Assembly: GCA_042571645.1 (NCBI GenBank)
Contig: JBHPFW010000006.1
Span: 4,131 to 68,130, forward strand
Source: Nanobdellota archaeon
Lineage (GTDB): Archaea > Nanobdellota > Nanobdellia > Woesearchaeales > JBHPFW01
DNA length: 64,000 nucleotides
Direction: 5' to 3'
This document shows, piece by piece, positions 8,886-21,600 of this stretch (position 1 is its first letter; each line of letters starts with the position of its first letter). Made by a program: the position numbers and the translations under genes. A model generated the notes under the pieces. That model did not search any database. It was not told the DNA's origin and saw nothing but the letters and a program-made list of their open reading frames with translations.

Positions 8886-11800
8886 AAGACAAGATAATGG
8901 TATTGATAGTGTTTGCAATCTTAATAGTTTTTGGTATGCTATTATCTAATTTAGGAAAACTTGCAATGACAGGTTATGTTGTATTTGAGCCAGATACTAT
9001 CGATGAACATACCGAAACTAATGTTGTTAATAATTATTCTGAAGAAATAATTGAAGATTTAGTAACTGAAGAGCTAGTAACTGATTTAGTAATTGAGGAC
9101 CCAGAAGAGCTAAATGAATCAATACCAAATAATCCCATACTAATTAATGAAACAATAAATCAAAGCAATAATCAGAGTGAAGAAACAGATGATGAAGAAA
9201 TAGGTGAAGAGATAGATGAAGTAATAGATGAACTTGATAATTATCTAGATGATTCAATAGATGAGCAAATCTTAAATGAATCATTAGATAAATCAGATTC
9301 TGATACAAACGAATCAGATTCTGGTACAAATGTGCCAGATTCAAACCAATCAACAATACCAAATCAATCAACAATAAATGAATCAAATCAGGATATTCCT
9401 GAGGATACAGTATATGTAAATTACACAGAAATTGATGACAGTAAAATTGATGTTATTATAACACTTAAACCAGAAAAAACAGAAGTTGAAAAAGAAGTAA
9501 TAGAAACTTTTGAATTTGAAGCAACAAAAGAAATAGCTCCAGAAACCCTTGAGCCAAAAAAAGTGAGAAAATGGTTAATATTATCTGAAGAATTACCACC
9601 TACAGAAGCAACATTTGAGCAAAAAGAAAAAATCCAGAAAGAAGTGCAGGAAAAAGTCCTTAAAGAGACACAAGAAAATATCAAAGAAGCTCAATCTGAC
9701 TTAGCAAACTCTCTGGACTCAGATATAAAAGAAAATTCAATAGAAATAGAACACAATTATACTTCTATCGGCTTGGTGCATGCTAAAGTTACACCTGAAG
9801 AACTTGAAAAATTAAATAATAATCCTGAGATAGAAAATATAGAAAAAAGCAAGACTTACAGTATTGTGCTTGATGCCAGCATACCTTATATTAATGCAGA
9901 TAGCGTATGGGGTACAAAAGTTAATGGAATTAATATTACCGGCGCAGGAGAAACAATCTGCATAATTGATACAGGAATTGATTACAGACATGATTCTTTG
10001 GGCAATTGCACACAAGCAGAATTTTTAGCTGGAGACTGCACAAAAGTTTTGAGTGGTTATGATTATGTAAATAATGATCCGAACCCAATGGATGATCATA
10101 GTCACGGCACTCATTGTGCTGGCATTGCTTCTTCCACACACACAACCTATAGGGGAGTTGCATTTGATGCTAATCTTGTTGCACTAAAGGCTTGTAATAG
10201 CGGCGGTGGCTGCGGTGACTCAGACATACTTGCAGGAATAGATTGGTGCATAACTAATGCATCAATCTTCAATATATCAGTTATCAGCATGAGTTTGGGT
10301 GATGATTCTTTCCATAATAGTTATTGCAGTGGAAGTATATTCAATACACCTGTAAGAACTGCAGTGGAAAATGGCATAACAGTTGCAATAGCAGCAGGAA
10401 ATGTTCCTGCAGGAGCAACAGGTGTTGCAGAACCTGCATGTGTAGAGAATGCCACAGTAGTTGGTGGCCTGAGAGATAGTGATAATGCAGTATTCTACAA
10501 GAGAGGTGCTTTAATGGATTTATTTGCACCAGGCATAGGCATTTATGCTCCTGTTTTGAATGAGGGTTTTGGAACAAAGTCAGGAACTTCTATGGCAACA
10601 CCTCATGTTGCAGGAGCTATTGCTGTAATGCAGCAATACAACAAACTTATTAATAATGCATCATTGGATCCTTATAATATTGAAGACTTGTTTGAGGAAA
10701 CTGGTGTAATGGTTTATGATTCTGGTTTAGGTTATTCAAAGCCAAGATTAGACTTGCAAGCAGCTATCGAAAGTGTTTTGGTAATAAACGAATCAGATAA
10801 TTCAACAGAAAACACTGATGCCAAGATTAAGTTCTCAAACACCACAGCATTTACAAATATAACAAAATGTGTTAATATCAAGAGAAATGCTGTTTCTGTA
10901 AATGCTAAAAAGTGCCCCGAATTAAATAAATCAGCCACTTTAACATTCAAATCCCAGATTTACAAAACAAATCCAGTAATTTTAATGGATGGCCAGATAT
11001 GCCCTGCTGAGATTTGCAGCTTTGTTTCCTATTCACAAAATAATGCCATATTTACAGTAGGTCACTTCACCAATTATTCTACAACTACAAATTCAAGATT
11101 AGAAATATGGGATGAGAATGATGTTTTGGGAGGAAATCAAAATAAAACAACTGGAGAAATAATAAGATTTTATGCAAACTACACAAATAAAACAAGCAAT
11201 AACCCAATTAATAATAATTCTGAGAATGGCAATTGTAATATAACAATTAACAGTACCCAATATGTAATGAGCTTTAATTCATCAGGACAACAATATTGGT
11301 CATATAGTAATATATTCAGTTCTTCTGCTAATTATTCTTGGAATGTGAGTTGTAATGCAACTGGTTATGAGCCATTAAATGTTTCTGATAATATCGAAGT
11401 AATAACCAACACACCTCCAAATCAGACTAAGCCAATATTAACCTCAACATTTGGCACAAACAGATCAAATGAAAATCTTACTGTGTATAATCAATCCACA
11501 AATGATGTTAATAATCAGGTTGTTAGCAATATAATTAATTGGTATGTTGATGGAGTAATTAATAATCAGCTTAAGAATCTGACAAGAATTGATTCAACAA
11601 ACATTTCAAGAGGGGAAGGCTGGCAAGCGTGTGTCACACCAAATGATGGTGTAGAGAATGGTACTACAAATTGTAGCAACAATATAACTGTTTTGAATTC
11701 TCCAGCAACCCAATCAACACCAATTCTTAACTCAAGCAATGGAACTAATACTCCAAATGAGAATCTGAGTGTTTATAATAAATCAACTTATGATGCTGAT

Positions 11801-12652
11801 GGAGATTCTGTAGATAATATAATTGATTGGTATGTAAATAATGCAGTAAGGCAGGAGTTCAAGAACTTCACCACTATTAACTCTAGTAATACTTCTTCAG
11901 GCCAGGATTGGAAAGCCTGCATAATTCCTTATGATGGCTATGAAAATGGCACAAGATTATGCAGCAACACAATTGCAATTCCATCAGAAAATAACAATGG
12001 TGGAAGTTCTGGCGGTGGAGGCGGTGGTGGCAGCAAAGAAACCTGTTTTGATGGAAAGAGAAATCAAGGTGAAACAGGAATAGACTGTGGTGGGATTTGT
12101 GCAGCATGCCCAAGTTGTTTTGACGGCAAACAAAATTGTCATGATAATAAATGCGAAGAAGGTGTTGATTGTGGGGGGCCGTGCGCTGCTAATTGTGCTC
12201 CTGCTCCAAGATGTGATGATGGCATAATGAATGGTTATGAAACAGGAATAGATTGCGGTGGGTATTGTGGGGCTTGTGAAGCTGAGATAAAAACAGAGCA
12301 AAGCATTGCAAAACCTCCTATTGTAAAAGAGACAAAAAAAGAACTTCCTCTTGGATTAACAGCCCAATCCGCAGAAGAGAAAGAAAAGAAGGGGTTATTG
12401 GAAGAATTAGAGGACATCAATATTGTTGGAAGAGCATTCCTTGCCAAGCAAGCTAATATGATAATGATGATTGTTATCATAGCTATGATACTGATACTGT
12501 CTTTGTTGTTTAGACCTATTTCCTATAGAAAACCTAGAGCAGCACCACTAGAGCAAAAAGAATTGCCCAAATCAAACAAATCAAAACTACAAAATATTAC
12601 TGAAACAGATAAAACAATCAAAGAATTAGACACTAGACTAAAGAAATTATAA
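8882..12652 (+). CDS. Membrane-anchored subtilisin-like (S8) serine protease fused to adhesin-type modules
   Basis: 1256 aa. From N to C: TM/signal, acidic low-complexity region, I9-like propeptide, S8 domain, Ig-like modules, two uninterrupted ~95-aa W-x-AC-x-TP-x-DG modules, poly-Gly, three Cys-rich repeats and a C-terminal TM (MIMMIVIIAMILILSLLF). Confidence 0.9.
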   Translation: MKDKIMVLIVFAILIVFGMLLSNLGKLAMTGYVVFEPDTIDEHTETNVVNNYSEEIIEDLVTEELVTDLVIEDPEELNESIPNNPILINETINQSNNQSEETDDEEIGEEIDEVIDELDNYLDDSIDEQILNESLDKSDSDTNESDSGTNVPDSNQSTIPNQSTINESNQDIPEDTVYVNYTEIDDSKIDVIITLKPEKTEVEKEVIETFEFEATKEIAPETLEPKKVRKWLILSEELPPTEATFEQKEKIQKEVQEKVLKETQENIKEAQSDLANSLDSDIKENSIEIEHNYTSIGLVHAKVTPEELEKLNNNPEIENIEKSKTYSIVLDASIPYINADSVWGTKVNGINITGAGETICIIDTGIDYRHDSLGNCTQAEFLAGDCTKVLSGYDYVNNDPNPMDDHSHGTHCAGIASSTHTTYRGVAFDANLVALKACNSGGGCGDSDILAGIDWCITNASIFNISVISMSLGDDSFHNSYCSGSIFNTPVRTAVENGITVAIAAGNVPAGATGVAEPACVENATVVGGLRDSDNAVFYKRGALMDLFAPGIGIYAPVLNEGFGTKSGTSMATPHVAGAIAVMQQYNKLINNASLDPYNIEDLFEETGVMVYDSGLGYSKPRLDLQAAIESVLVINESDNSTENTDAKIKFSNTTAFTNITKCVNIKRNAVSVNAKKCPELNKSATLTFKSQIYKTNPVILMDGQICPAEICSFVSYSQNNAIFTVGHFTNYSTTTNSRLEIWDENDVLGGNQNKTTGEIIRFYANYTNKTSNNPINNNSENGNCNITINSTQYVMSFNSSGQQYWSYSNIFSSSANYSWNVSCNATGYEPLNVSDNIEVITNTPPNQTKPILTSTFGTNRSNENLTVYNQSTNDVNNQVVSNIINWYVDGVINNQLKNLTRIDSTNISRGEGWQACVTPNDGVENGTTNCSNNITVLNSPATQSTPILNSSNGTNTPNENLSVYNKSTYDADGDSVDNIIDWYVNNAVRQEFKNFTTINSSNTSSGQDWKACIIPYDGYENGTRLCSNTIAIPSENNNGGSSGGGGGGGSKETCFDGKRNQGETGIDCGGICAACPSCFDGKQNCHDNKCEEGVDCGGPCAANCAPAPRCDDGIMNGYETGIDCGGYCGACEAEIKTEQSIAKPPIVKETKKELPLGLTAQSAEEKEKKGLLEELEDINIVGRAFLAKQANMIMMIVIIAMILILSLLFRPISYRKPRAAPLEQKELPKSNKSKLQNITETDKTIKELDTRLKKL
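9857..10780 (+). other. Peptidase S8 catalytic domain with an intact Asp/His/Ser triad
   Basis: Asp lies in ICIIDTGID (codon at 9968-9970), His in HSHGTHCAG (10103-10105) and Ser in SGTSMATPHVAG (10589-10591). All three codons are in frame with 8882. Confidence 0.85.
11413..11975 (+). repeat. Two uninterrupted copies of the ~95-aa module that is split by LamG elsewhere
   Basis: Copy 1 is PPNQTKPILTSTFGTNRSNENLTVYNQSTND..NIINWYVDGV..GEGWQACVTPNDGVENGTTNCSNNITV. Copy 2 is PATQSTPILNSSNGTNTPNENLSVYNKSTYD..NIIDWYVNN..GQDWKACIIPYDGYENGTRLCSNTIAI. Confidence 0.7.
12045..12277 (+). repeat. Cys-rich stalk: 3 x C-x-DG-x2-N-x2-E-x-G-x-DCGG-x-C-x2-C
   Basis: The sequence is CFDGKRNQGETGIDCGGICAAC / CFDGKQNCHDNKCEEGVDCGGPCAANC / CDDGIMNGYETGIDCGGYCGAC. 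It is preceded by GGSSGGGGGGGS and followed by a TM anchor. Confidence 0.7.
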
Positions 12653-12676
12653 TGAGGAAATAACAATAATAAATAG

Positions 12677-15600
12677 ATGAAAGCAATGGAAGCCTATAAA
12701 ATAAGAGGATTATTAGTGTTGGCGATTTCAGTACTTATGGGTATAGTGCTTGCTAATCTGGGCAATCTTTCTATTACAGGTTATTCTACAGTAGAATTAA
12801 ACAATACGATTTATGTTTATTCAGATACTATTATGGATGAGGATTTCTATAACTCTGATTACTCTTATTACCATGTTATTATTGAGAAGGATAATGTAAA
12901 ATTAGATTGTAATGATCTTCCTTTGATTGGAAATGAAACTGGAATAGGGATTTATTCAAATAAAAACAATATAACATTAGAGAATTGTTTTGTTGTTAAT
13001 TATGAGTATGGCATTGTACTTACTGGTAATGATTCTAATCTTATTAACACCAGAGCAGAGAATAATTTATTTGTGGATATAATGTATATGGAAGTTGAGG
13101 AATTTGAAATGGAAAATGCTGTGGCAGACAATGCTTCTAATGAAACACTAACTGAATCAGAAGCTAATTTAACACAAGATCCATTAGCAGAACCAAATAT
13201 TACAGATCCAGTGTCAGAGAGTGAACCTACTCAAGAAAATATTTCTACATCTGGAATACAAGAAGATCCTCAACCTCCACAAGATCCAATTACAATATTA
13301 TCAGGTAATGCACCAACACATTCACAGCCAATATTAAACTCAACAAATGGCTTATTCCATTCATCTGAGAATTTAACAGTCTATAACCAATCAACAAATG
13401 ATGGCGAAGGAGATAATGTTACTAATTCAATCTTATGGCTCAGGAATAAAAGAAGTTTCCCTGCAACACATGTAGATATAAATTATGATAATGTTATATT
13501 TAGGACTCCATTTGAGAATTATACTGTAAGTACAGATACTTATAAGGATTATTCTGTAAGTGACAGTACTATTACAGTATCAAATACTGTATGGAATGCA
13601 ACTGGAGGTCATGATGGTTATGGGGCTTATAAATTTACAGGTACTACTGGTTATTTGAAAACTACTGCAGATATAGGTGAAGGAGAAGCCAGTCTTACTG
13701 TTTTGGTTTGGGTAAAACCATCTCCTTCTCCTGCGCACATTGGTGATTTTGTAACAAAAAGAAATGTATACTATACTTTGCAGAACATAAGTAATAATGT
13801 ATGGGTTTATTTATCTGGTCTTAGCTCTGCTTGGACTCGATCTTCCTCAACTTTAAGCACAACCAATTGGAATCATGTTGCGTGGACTAAATCTGGATCA
13901 ACATTAAGACTATACATAAACGGTCAAGAAGATAGTGTATCTCCAGTTACTTTAACTTCAAGTAATCCATTAGCAAGCGGTATTCTTCATCCCTTAACTA
14001 TCGGAAATGTCGTCCTGAATACTGGCGCTATTGATGCTGACAGAGGATTTGACGGTCATATCGATGATGTGATGATATTAGATGTGGCTTTATCTGCTGA
14101 TCAAATTAAAGCAATGTATGATAGAACAAGCAATATTATTCGTTCTGATGAGACTGAAGTTAGCGATACTTGGCAGGCATGCATCACTCCTAACGACGGT
14201 ACAAGTGATGGTGCTACTAATTGCAGTGATACAAAAACAATTCTTTTGAGCAATCCGCCAACCCATTCTCAGCCAATATTAAGTTCAACTTCAGGAAATA
14301 ATCTTTACTCAGATAACTTGACTGTTTATAATCAATCAACCATTGATATTAACGGAGATTCTGTCAGCAATATTATTAATTGGTATAGGAACGATACGTC
14401 TATAGCAGTATTGAATATGCCGTTTGATTCTGCTGATTCTGCAGGTTCTGGAAAAACAAAAGATTACAGCGGTTCTGGTAATAATGGAACTCTTGCAGGA
14501 CATACTGTCTGGACAAGTGACGGTTATCTAGGCGGGGCTTATTATTTTGATGGTACAAATGATTATATTGATTTTGGTAATGATCCTGATCTAAGTTTTG
14601 AGAGAACAGATCCATTTTCTATTTCTGCGTGGGTTAAAATAGATGATGTTTCTTCAGTAAGACTGATATTTTCAAAATTAGCTGGCCCTACAGCTTATCC
14701 AGGTTATCAGTTTTTTGTACACACAAACGGACAGATTTATTTTGATTTATTCCGTGATTCTTCAACAACTAAATACATCAGGGTTTATGAAACTAGCAAT
14801 GAAGGTGTAGCTGATGGTGGTTGGCATCAGGTTACTGCAACTTATGATGGTTCAAGCACTGCTGCTGGTGTTAAAATATATTTAGATGGCGATGCAGTGT
14901 CAACCACTGTTGGTCAGGATACACTAGATGGTTCAATGCTTAACTCTGTCAGTGCGTATATTGGAACTAGAAGCGACGGCAGCTATGATTACAAAGGATA
15001 TGTTGACGAGGTTAATGTGTTTAATAGGGAATTATCTCCTGAGCAAATCAATGCTTTATACAATAACAGAACAGACTTAATTGTTTCACAAGAAACAGAA
15101 GTTAGCGATATCTGGAAAGCCTGCATAACACCAAATGATGGCTTTGTTGATGGTGTAACTAATTGCAGTACTAGTCTGACTATTGTTTCAAACATACCCC
15201 CAACACATAATCAGCCAATATTGAATTCTACTCTGGGAACAAATTTAACAACAGAAAACCTTACAGTTTATAATCAATCTACCAGTGATTTAGAAGGAGA
15301 TGGGGTAAATAATTCAATTAGATGGTTAAGAAACAGCAGAAGTTATCCTGCTACTCCAGAAAGTGTTTCTTATACAAATATGGTACTTAATATGCCCTTT
15401 GAGAATTATACAGGTTTATCAGACAATTCCGCTGATCATTCATTATATGGTAATAATGGTACGGTTTATGGAAATCCAGTCTGGAATTCAACAGGAGGCC
15501 ATGATGGTTATGCAGCTTATGATTTAGACGGAACAGGAGACTATATTGAGATAGCTGATGATGCTTCGTTAGAATCAACACAAATATCTCTTGGTGCTTG

Positions 15601-18600
15601 GGTAAAAAGAGAAGGTACAATGGGAACAGGAGTATGGCATAGAAGAATAATCAGTAAAAACTATCAAACTACATTTGTAGATCCATTTGATAGCTATGCG
15701 CTCTTAGTAGATAATTCAGTGAATTATTATATTGGTTTTAACATTGGTTGGGGAACAGGTGGAGGAAAGTATACTACTTATTGGACATCAACACCTCTTC
15801 CAGACGGAGAATGGACTCACTTATTCATGACAGTAAATCAAACGCAAGTTAAGTTATATATGAATGGAAATCTACTGACAACACAGACTGCAGGAGGAAA
15901 TCCAATATATAATAATGGTCCGTTGAGAATTGGTGCTATGGATCCGACACATGCAAGTGAAAGATTCTTTAATGGAAAAATTGATGATGTCAGAATATAT
16001 GATTTAAGTTTAACAGCAGATCAAATAAAAGAAATTTATCAAAACAAATCAGGAGTTATACAGTTTAATGAAACCTCTATAGATGATGTATGGCAGGCCT
16101 GTATTACTCCTTATGATGCTTATGGCGCAGGTAGTGAAAATTGCAGTAATAATCTGACTGTTTTAGCTCCTATTCCGAATTATGCTCCTGTTGTTTCAGA
16201 TATTGTTTTGAATGCAACTGATCATCCTAGCAATACCACCAATGCTAATCTTACTGTGTATTATAATTTGTCTGATTTAAATGATGACAACATTACTAAA
16301 GTAATTAATTGGTATAGGAATGATTCATCAATTACTGTTTTGAACATGCCATTTGATTCTAATAACTCTGCAGGTACTGGTAAGACTAAGGATTATTCTG
16401 GTTATGAAAATAATGGTACAGAAACTGGGGGAGTCGCTTGGACAAGTCAAGGTTATATCTCAGGGGCTTATGATTTTGCTGGTGATAATGATTACATCCA
16501 AATTGCAGACGATGATATTTTAAGTTTTGGTGATACATTAACAGATCAACCATTAACCATTTCTGCTTGGGTAAATATGGATGCTGCTACTTTATTCCCT
16601 ATTGTAGCTAAGGACGCTTCGACTTCAAATGTAGAGTATGTTTTCGGAACATCTTCAGCAGACTATCTTGTTTTAACGTTATATGATTTAAATTCAGCTA
16701 ATAGAATCCAAGCTTATACTGCTACAGGTGTAATGACTCCTTATGAGGGCATTTGGACTCAGTTAGTTGCAGTATATGATGGTTTTGGTAATGAGAGCGG
16801 TATAAATTTGTATATCGATGGAGTCCTTCAAACAGGTTTGACTAGAGGGGAAGTCGGAACTTATGAAGCAATGCATAATACTAATGCTGCTTTGTTTATC
16901 GGAAAAAGAGAAACTCCCAACCAGCGATATGCAAATAGCAGGATTGATGATGTAAGAGTGTTTAATAGAGAATTATCCACCGAACAAATCAAAGCTTTAT
17001 ACAATAACCGTACTAATTTAATTGTTTCACAAGAAACTAATGTAAATGATATCTGGAAAGCCTGCATAACACCAAATGATGGCCAAGTTGATGGCAGTAC
17101 TAATTGCAGTAATAATCTCACAGTTTTAGTTGGTAGTAATCAAGCTCCAACTCAAACCCAGCCAATATTAAACAGCAGTGATGCCACAAACAAATCAGCT
17201 TCAAACTTAACAGTTTATACTAGTATTTTTGATCCTAATGGAGATAATACAACTGCAATTATTAATTGGTATAAAGATAGTAGTAGTATTTCTGTATTGA
17301 ATATGCCGTTTGAAGGTGGCAGTACTTCTGGCAGCTCGACAGGACCAACAAACGGCACAACAAAAGATTATTCGGGCTATGGAAATAATGGAACTGCAAT
17401 TGCAAACTCATCAAACAATGGACCTCAATGGAGTTCGTCATCAGGATATATTGGTGGTGCTTATACATTTGATGGAGTGGATGATTATATTGAAGTAAAT
17501 CATTCCTCAAGTTTAAACATAGAGAATGAAATCACTTTGTCTGCTTGGGTAAAATCTAATGAAGAAGGTTATGTTGTTGTTAAGGATCCTTCTGCAGAAC
17601 AACAAACAGCATATTATATTAATAAGTCAGATTGTGATTATATACCAACTTGGGATGATGGCACTTGCGTTGGTCAAACTTTAACAGAGCCGCAATTTTT
17701 GACAATTGGACAAAACACTTTAACATGTAATTACACAGATACTCTATTAAACAATGTAGAAGTTACATCAGTCACACTTTACGGGGCGCATAATGTGGTT
17801 TGTACAAACGGTGTCCAATACTATTGGAATGGAACTTTATTAGGAACATCTGTTGATAGTTCTACTGCTTGTAATTTTTGTCTGCCTAGTCAAGATTTAA
17901 ATGCGCCTTATTACCATAATTTCACTCTTACAAATCCTAATTATTCTATTGGCGGCATTAACACATTCTCATTTACAAATTTAGCAGGAGGAAATGGTTA
18001 TGCGGGATTCATCGGCGGTCATCACACTCCAGCGTTAGGTTTAAGTGGATATGAGATGTTTAAAGTAACAGTAAACTATACTGTTTCTGGAAAATATACT
18101 CCCTTCTCATTAAGCACAATTAATGGAGGAGAGTTCTTAATTGGTAATGATAATTACAGAGCAATAAGTTCAGGTAGTATTAATGATGGTAATTGGCATC
18201 ACATTGCAGCAACATATAATGGTTCAGAAATGAGACTTTATGTAGATGGAAAACTAAATGCAACAAATACATCTTTTTCAGGTTCACTCCCAACAAATAC
18301 TGATCCTGTTTGGATCGGCAGGAATTATGATCCTGAAAACTCTACAGGTTATTTCAATGGAACAATAGATGAAGTTCAAATATACCCTGCAGCATTATCA
18401 GCACAACAGATAAAAGCTTTATACAACAACAGAACAGATTTAATAGTAAGTCAGGAGACATCTGGAGGAGAAAAATGGCAGGCTTGTGTAACACCAAATG
18501 ACGGTCAAGTTGATGGCAGCGAGAATTGCAGTAATAGTCTTACTGTAAGGGAAGTTGAATTAACTATTTGGGATGATAATGATTTAGCAGGAGGCAATCA

Positions 18601-21600
18601 GAACAAAACAAGAGGAGAATTAATTTCATTCTATGCCAATTATACTGAGAATGGCGGTATAGGACCAATAAATAACTCTATTGGCTGGTGCAATTTAACA
18701 ATTAATACAACTCCTGATGGACCATATGAAATGAGTTATAATTCTACATCTGGTTTGTGGTATCATAACAGGTCATTTAACAATGCAACAAATTATCAAT
18801 GGAATGTAACCTGTAATTCAACAGGTTATGAACAACTTACTAAAACAGATACAATTACAGTATATCCTGACTGTGTCACACCAGAGGATGAATACCAGTT
18901 TGAAAGTAACTCTCTTGTTAATTTCTGCAGCGGGTCTTATTCATTGGGTGCTACTGGTTCTTATTACCAGTTCGCTTATAGTTTCTATCTAGACAACACA
19001 CACAGTAATATCACTTTTATTTGTGATGATACTATACTTAATGGTCCGGGTGCAGGAAGCTTTAATTTCGCTTTCCTTATAATGGGTTCTCAAAACATTT
19101 CAATTATTGGATGTAATTTCTCTAATTTTGTAATAGCTACAGGATTATTAAATAATTTTGATACAATAAATCTTTCAAATAATTATTTCTCTAATGTATA
19201 TTCAAGCATATTTATTGCAAAAGGGAGAAATTTCCATATACTTAACAATACCTTGAATGGTGGAGCTGGAATTACATTGCGTGATGAATTTGGGGGGCCT
19301 GGAAATAATAGTGGAGGAAGGATAATTGGAAACACTATGATGAGTCCTTCTTCATCCATGGGTGGTTTAGCAGCTGGTGTTGTTTTTGATCTGGATCAAG
19401 AACAAACACTAACTGAAACAAGTGACATATACATAGCAAATAATACCATAATTAATTCAGGTGGTTTTGGAATTTCTTTAATGCAGGCAGATTCTAGGTC
19501 AACAATTAATAACATCACCATATCTAATAATAATATTTCAAATCCTAGTTCATATGGTATTTATATTGAAAACGCTTCAAATGTAATAGTAGATAACAAT
19601 CTAATTTCAGGAGCAACCTATGAAAGCATATATTCTGTTGCAGAAAATTCTGTTAAGATAAGAAACAATCAAATATATAATAACAATAATCGCCATGCAA
19701 TATATATGGGTTCTTCTGTTGAGGATAAATATGGTGTTTTAAATGGAGGCAGGGATTTTGTTATTTCAGGAAATACAATAAACAACAGCGGAGGTACTGG
19801 CACAAGAAATTCTTATTTTGCTTCATTATCACCTATAAGATTTAATGGCTATGACTTTAATGGTAATGGGGCAGGAATGATTGTGTTTGGTCTTGGGTCA
19901 GAAAGAAGAAGGAATGTTTTTGCTGATAATACTCCTTTTGAAAATATACTTTATGGGGTTCGGGGAGATAATTTCACTTTATCTTTGATTTATGACAATG
20001 TATTACAAAAGAACATAACCTTTTTCTATGAAGATGGTTTTAATGAAGATATCGAAAATTGCGCAGATCTTAGAAATGAGATAGGATCTGTAAATGTTTA
20101 TTATTGCCGTGAAAATACATTGATCTCTAATGGAGCTACAAGCGATTATACTTTTGATTCTTCTATTTTCAATTCAAGTTTTAATGTTACGCCAGGTTAT
20201 ACTAATCCTCCATATTTAAGATATGAATCCTGGTCTTATAATGCATCTGCAATTGAGATAGACAGTAACACAAATGTAACAATCAGTGATAATGTCTTGG
20301 ATAGAAATGATTATGGTATAACAATCTCCAATTCAACTACTGTTAACATAAGGAATATTACTGGAACCACAGTCACATCAGCATCTTATTATGGTTCTAA
20401 TAGTCCAAGAATATATGATGGCCAGAAATATCAAGATGTTCCATTACAAGATGGTGTAGGTAATGGTACAATATTATTTGTAGATACTACTGAATACAAG
20501 GTATATGGGGCTAATGATAAAGTTGAAATGCCTTTGGTTGACGGAACATTTAATTTCTCAGTGTGTCTTATTAATGCATTGGACACTTATTTCATAACAG
20601 GTTATTTTTATCCTCAATTAAATAAGACTGAATGCGAGGTGTTTGTGAATAATAGTTGTGGAGGCTGTAATCCAGTAGCAGAATATGTTGAATTCAATGT
20701 GTTTACAGCTCAAGGAGCAGGAAATAATTATGTTTGGGCTGGCAATTCAAGCACTACCGCTGTTTCAGGAACATATTATACAGATCCTCCATACATAAAT
20801 GTTGTTATTGCCAATAATGTGAAAAATTACATATCAATAGAAGCTCTTAATGGAGGAACTATCCAGAACATTAATCTTGATAATCCAGATAATGAAAATA
20901 TTGATGTGAAATCATCTTCTGATCTGATATTCAAAGACATAACAATAAATTCCGGAGGAAAAGGAATTATAATTGATCCTTCAAGCAATATAACAATAAG
21001 AGACAGCACAATTAATAGCACTTCAGGAGAAGGAATACTAATTTTCAATAATACAAATGCAATAATATACAATAACACAATAACATATAATTCAAGAAAC
21101 GGCATAAATATTTCCCTTAATGGTTCTGCCACAATTACAGAAAACACAATATGCTATAATAATTTGTTTGGAATTTACAGTCTTGATTCTGTGCTAAACC
21201 CAGATTATCCTTCTTTGATGAGCCAGAACAACTTTACTTGTGCAGGAGATAATCTGCAGGATGCAAAGCTCAAAAAAGAATGGTATGTGCAAGCCAGGAC
21301 AATCGACTCATACAGCCAGAATCTTTCATCTGCTTCTGTTAATCTTTATGAACCATCAACAAATTCAACTCCAAAATATACTGAAACAACAGATGTCAAT
21401 GGCTTGACACCATTATATGACCTGATAGCAACACAATATATTATTAATAACACTGACAGCCAATTGAATTCCACACCTCATAGAATCTATACAACAAAAT
21501 CAGGTTTCCAGAATGAATTAACATGGACAGTAACAGAATCAAATACCACTAGAGGAGATAATGAAATAATTCTTCTGTTAGGAAATGCTGCACTAAGAAT

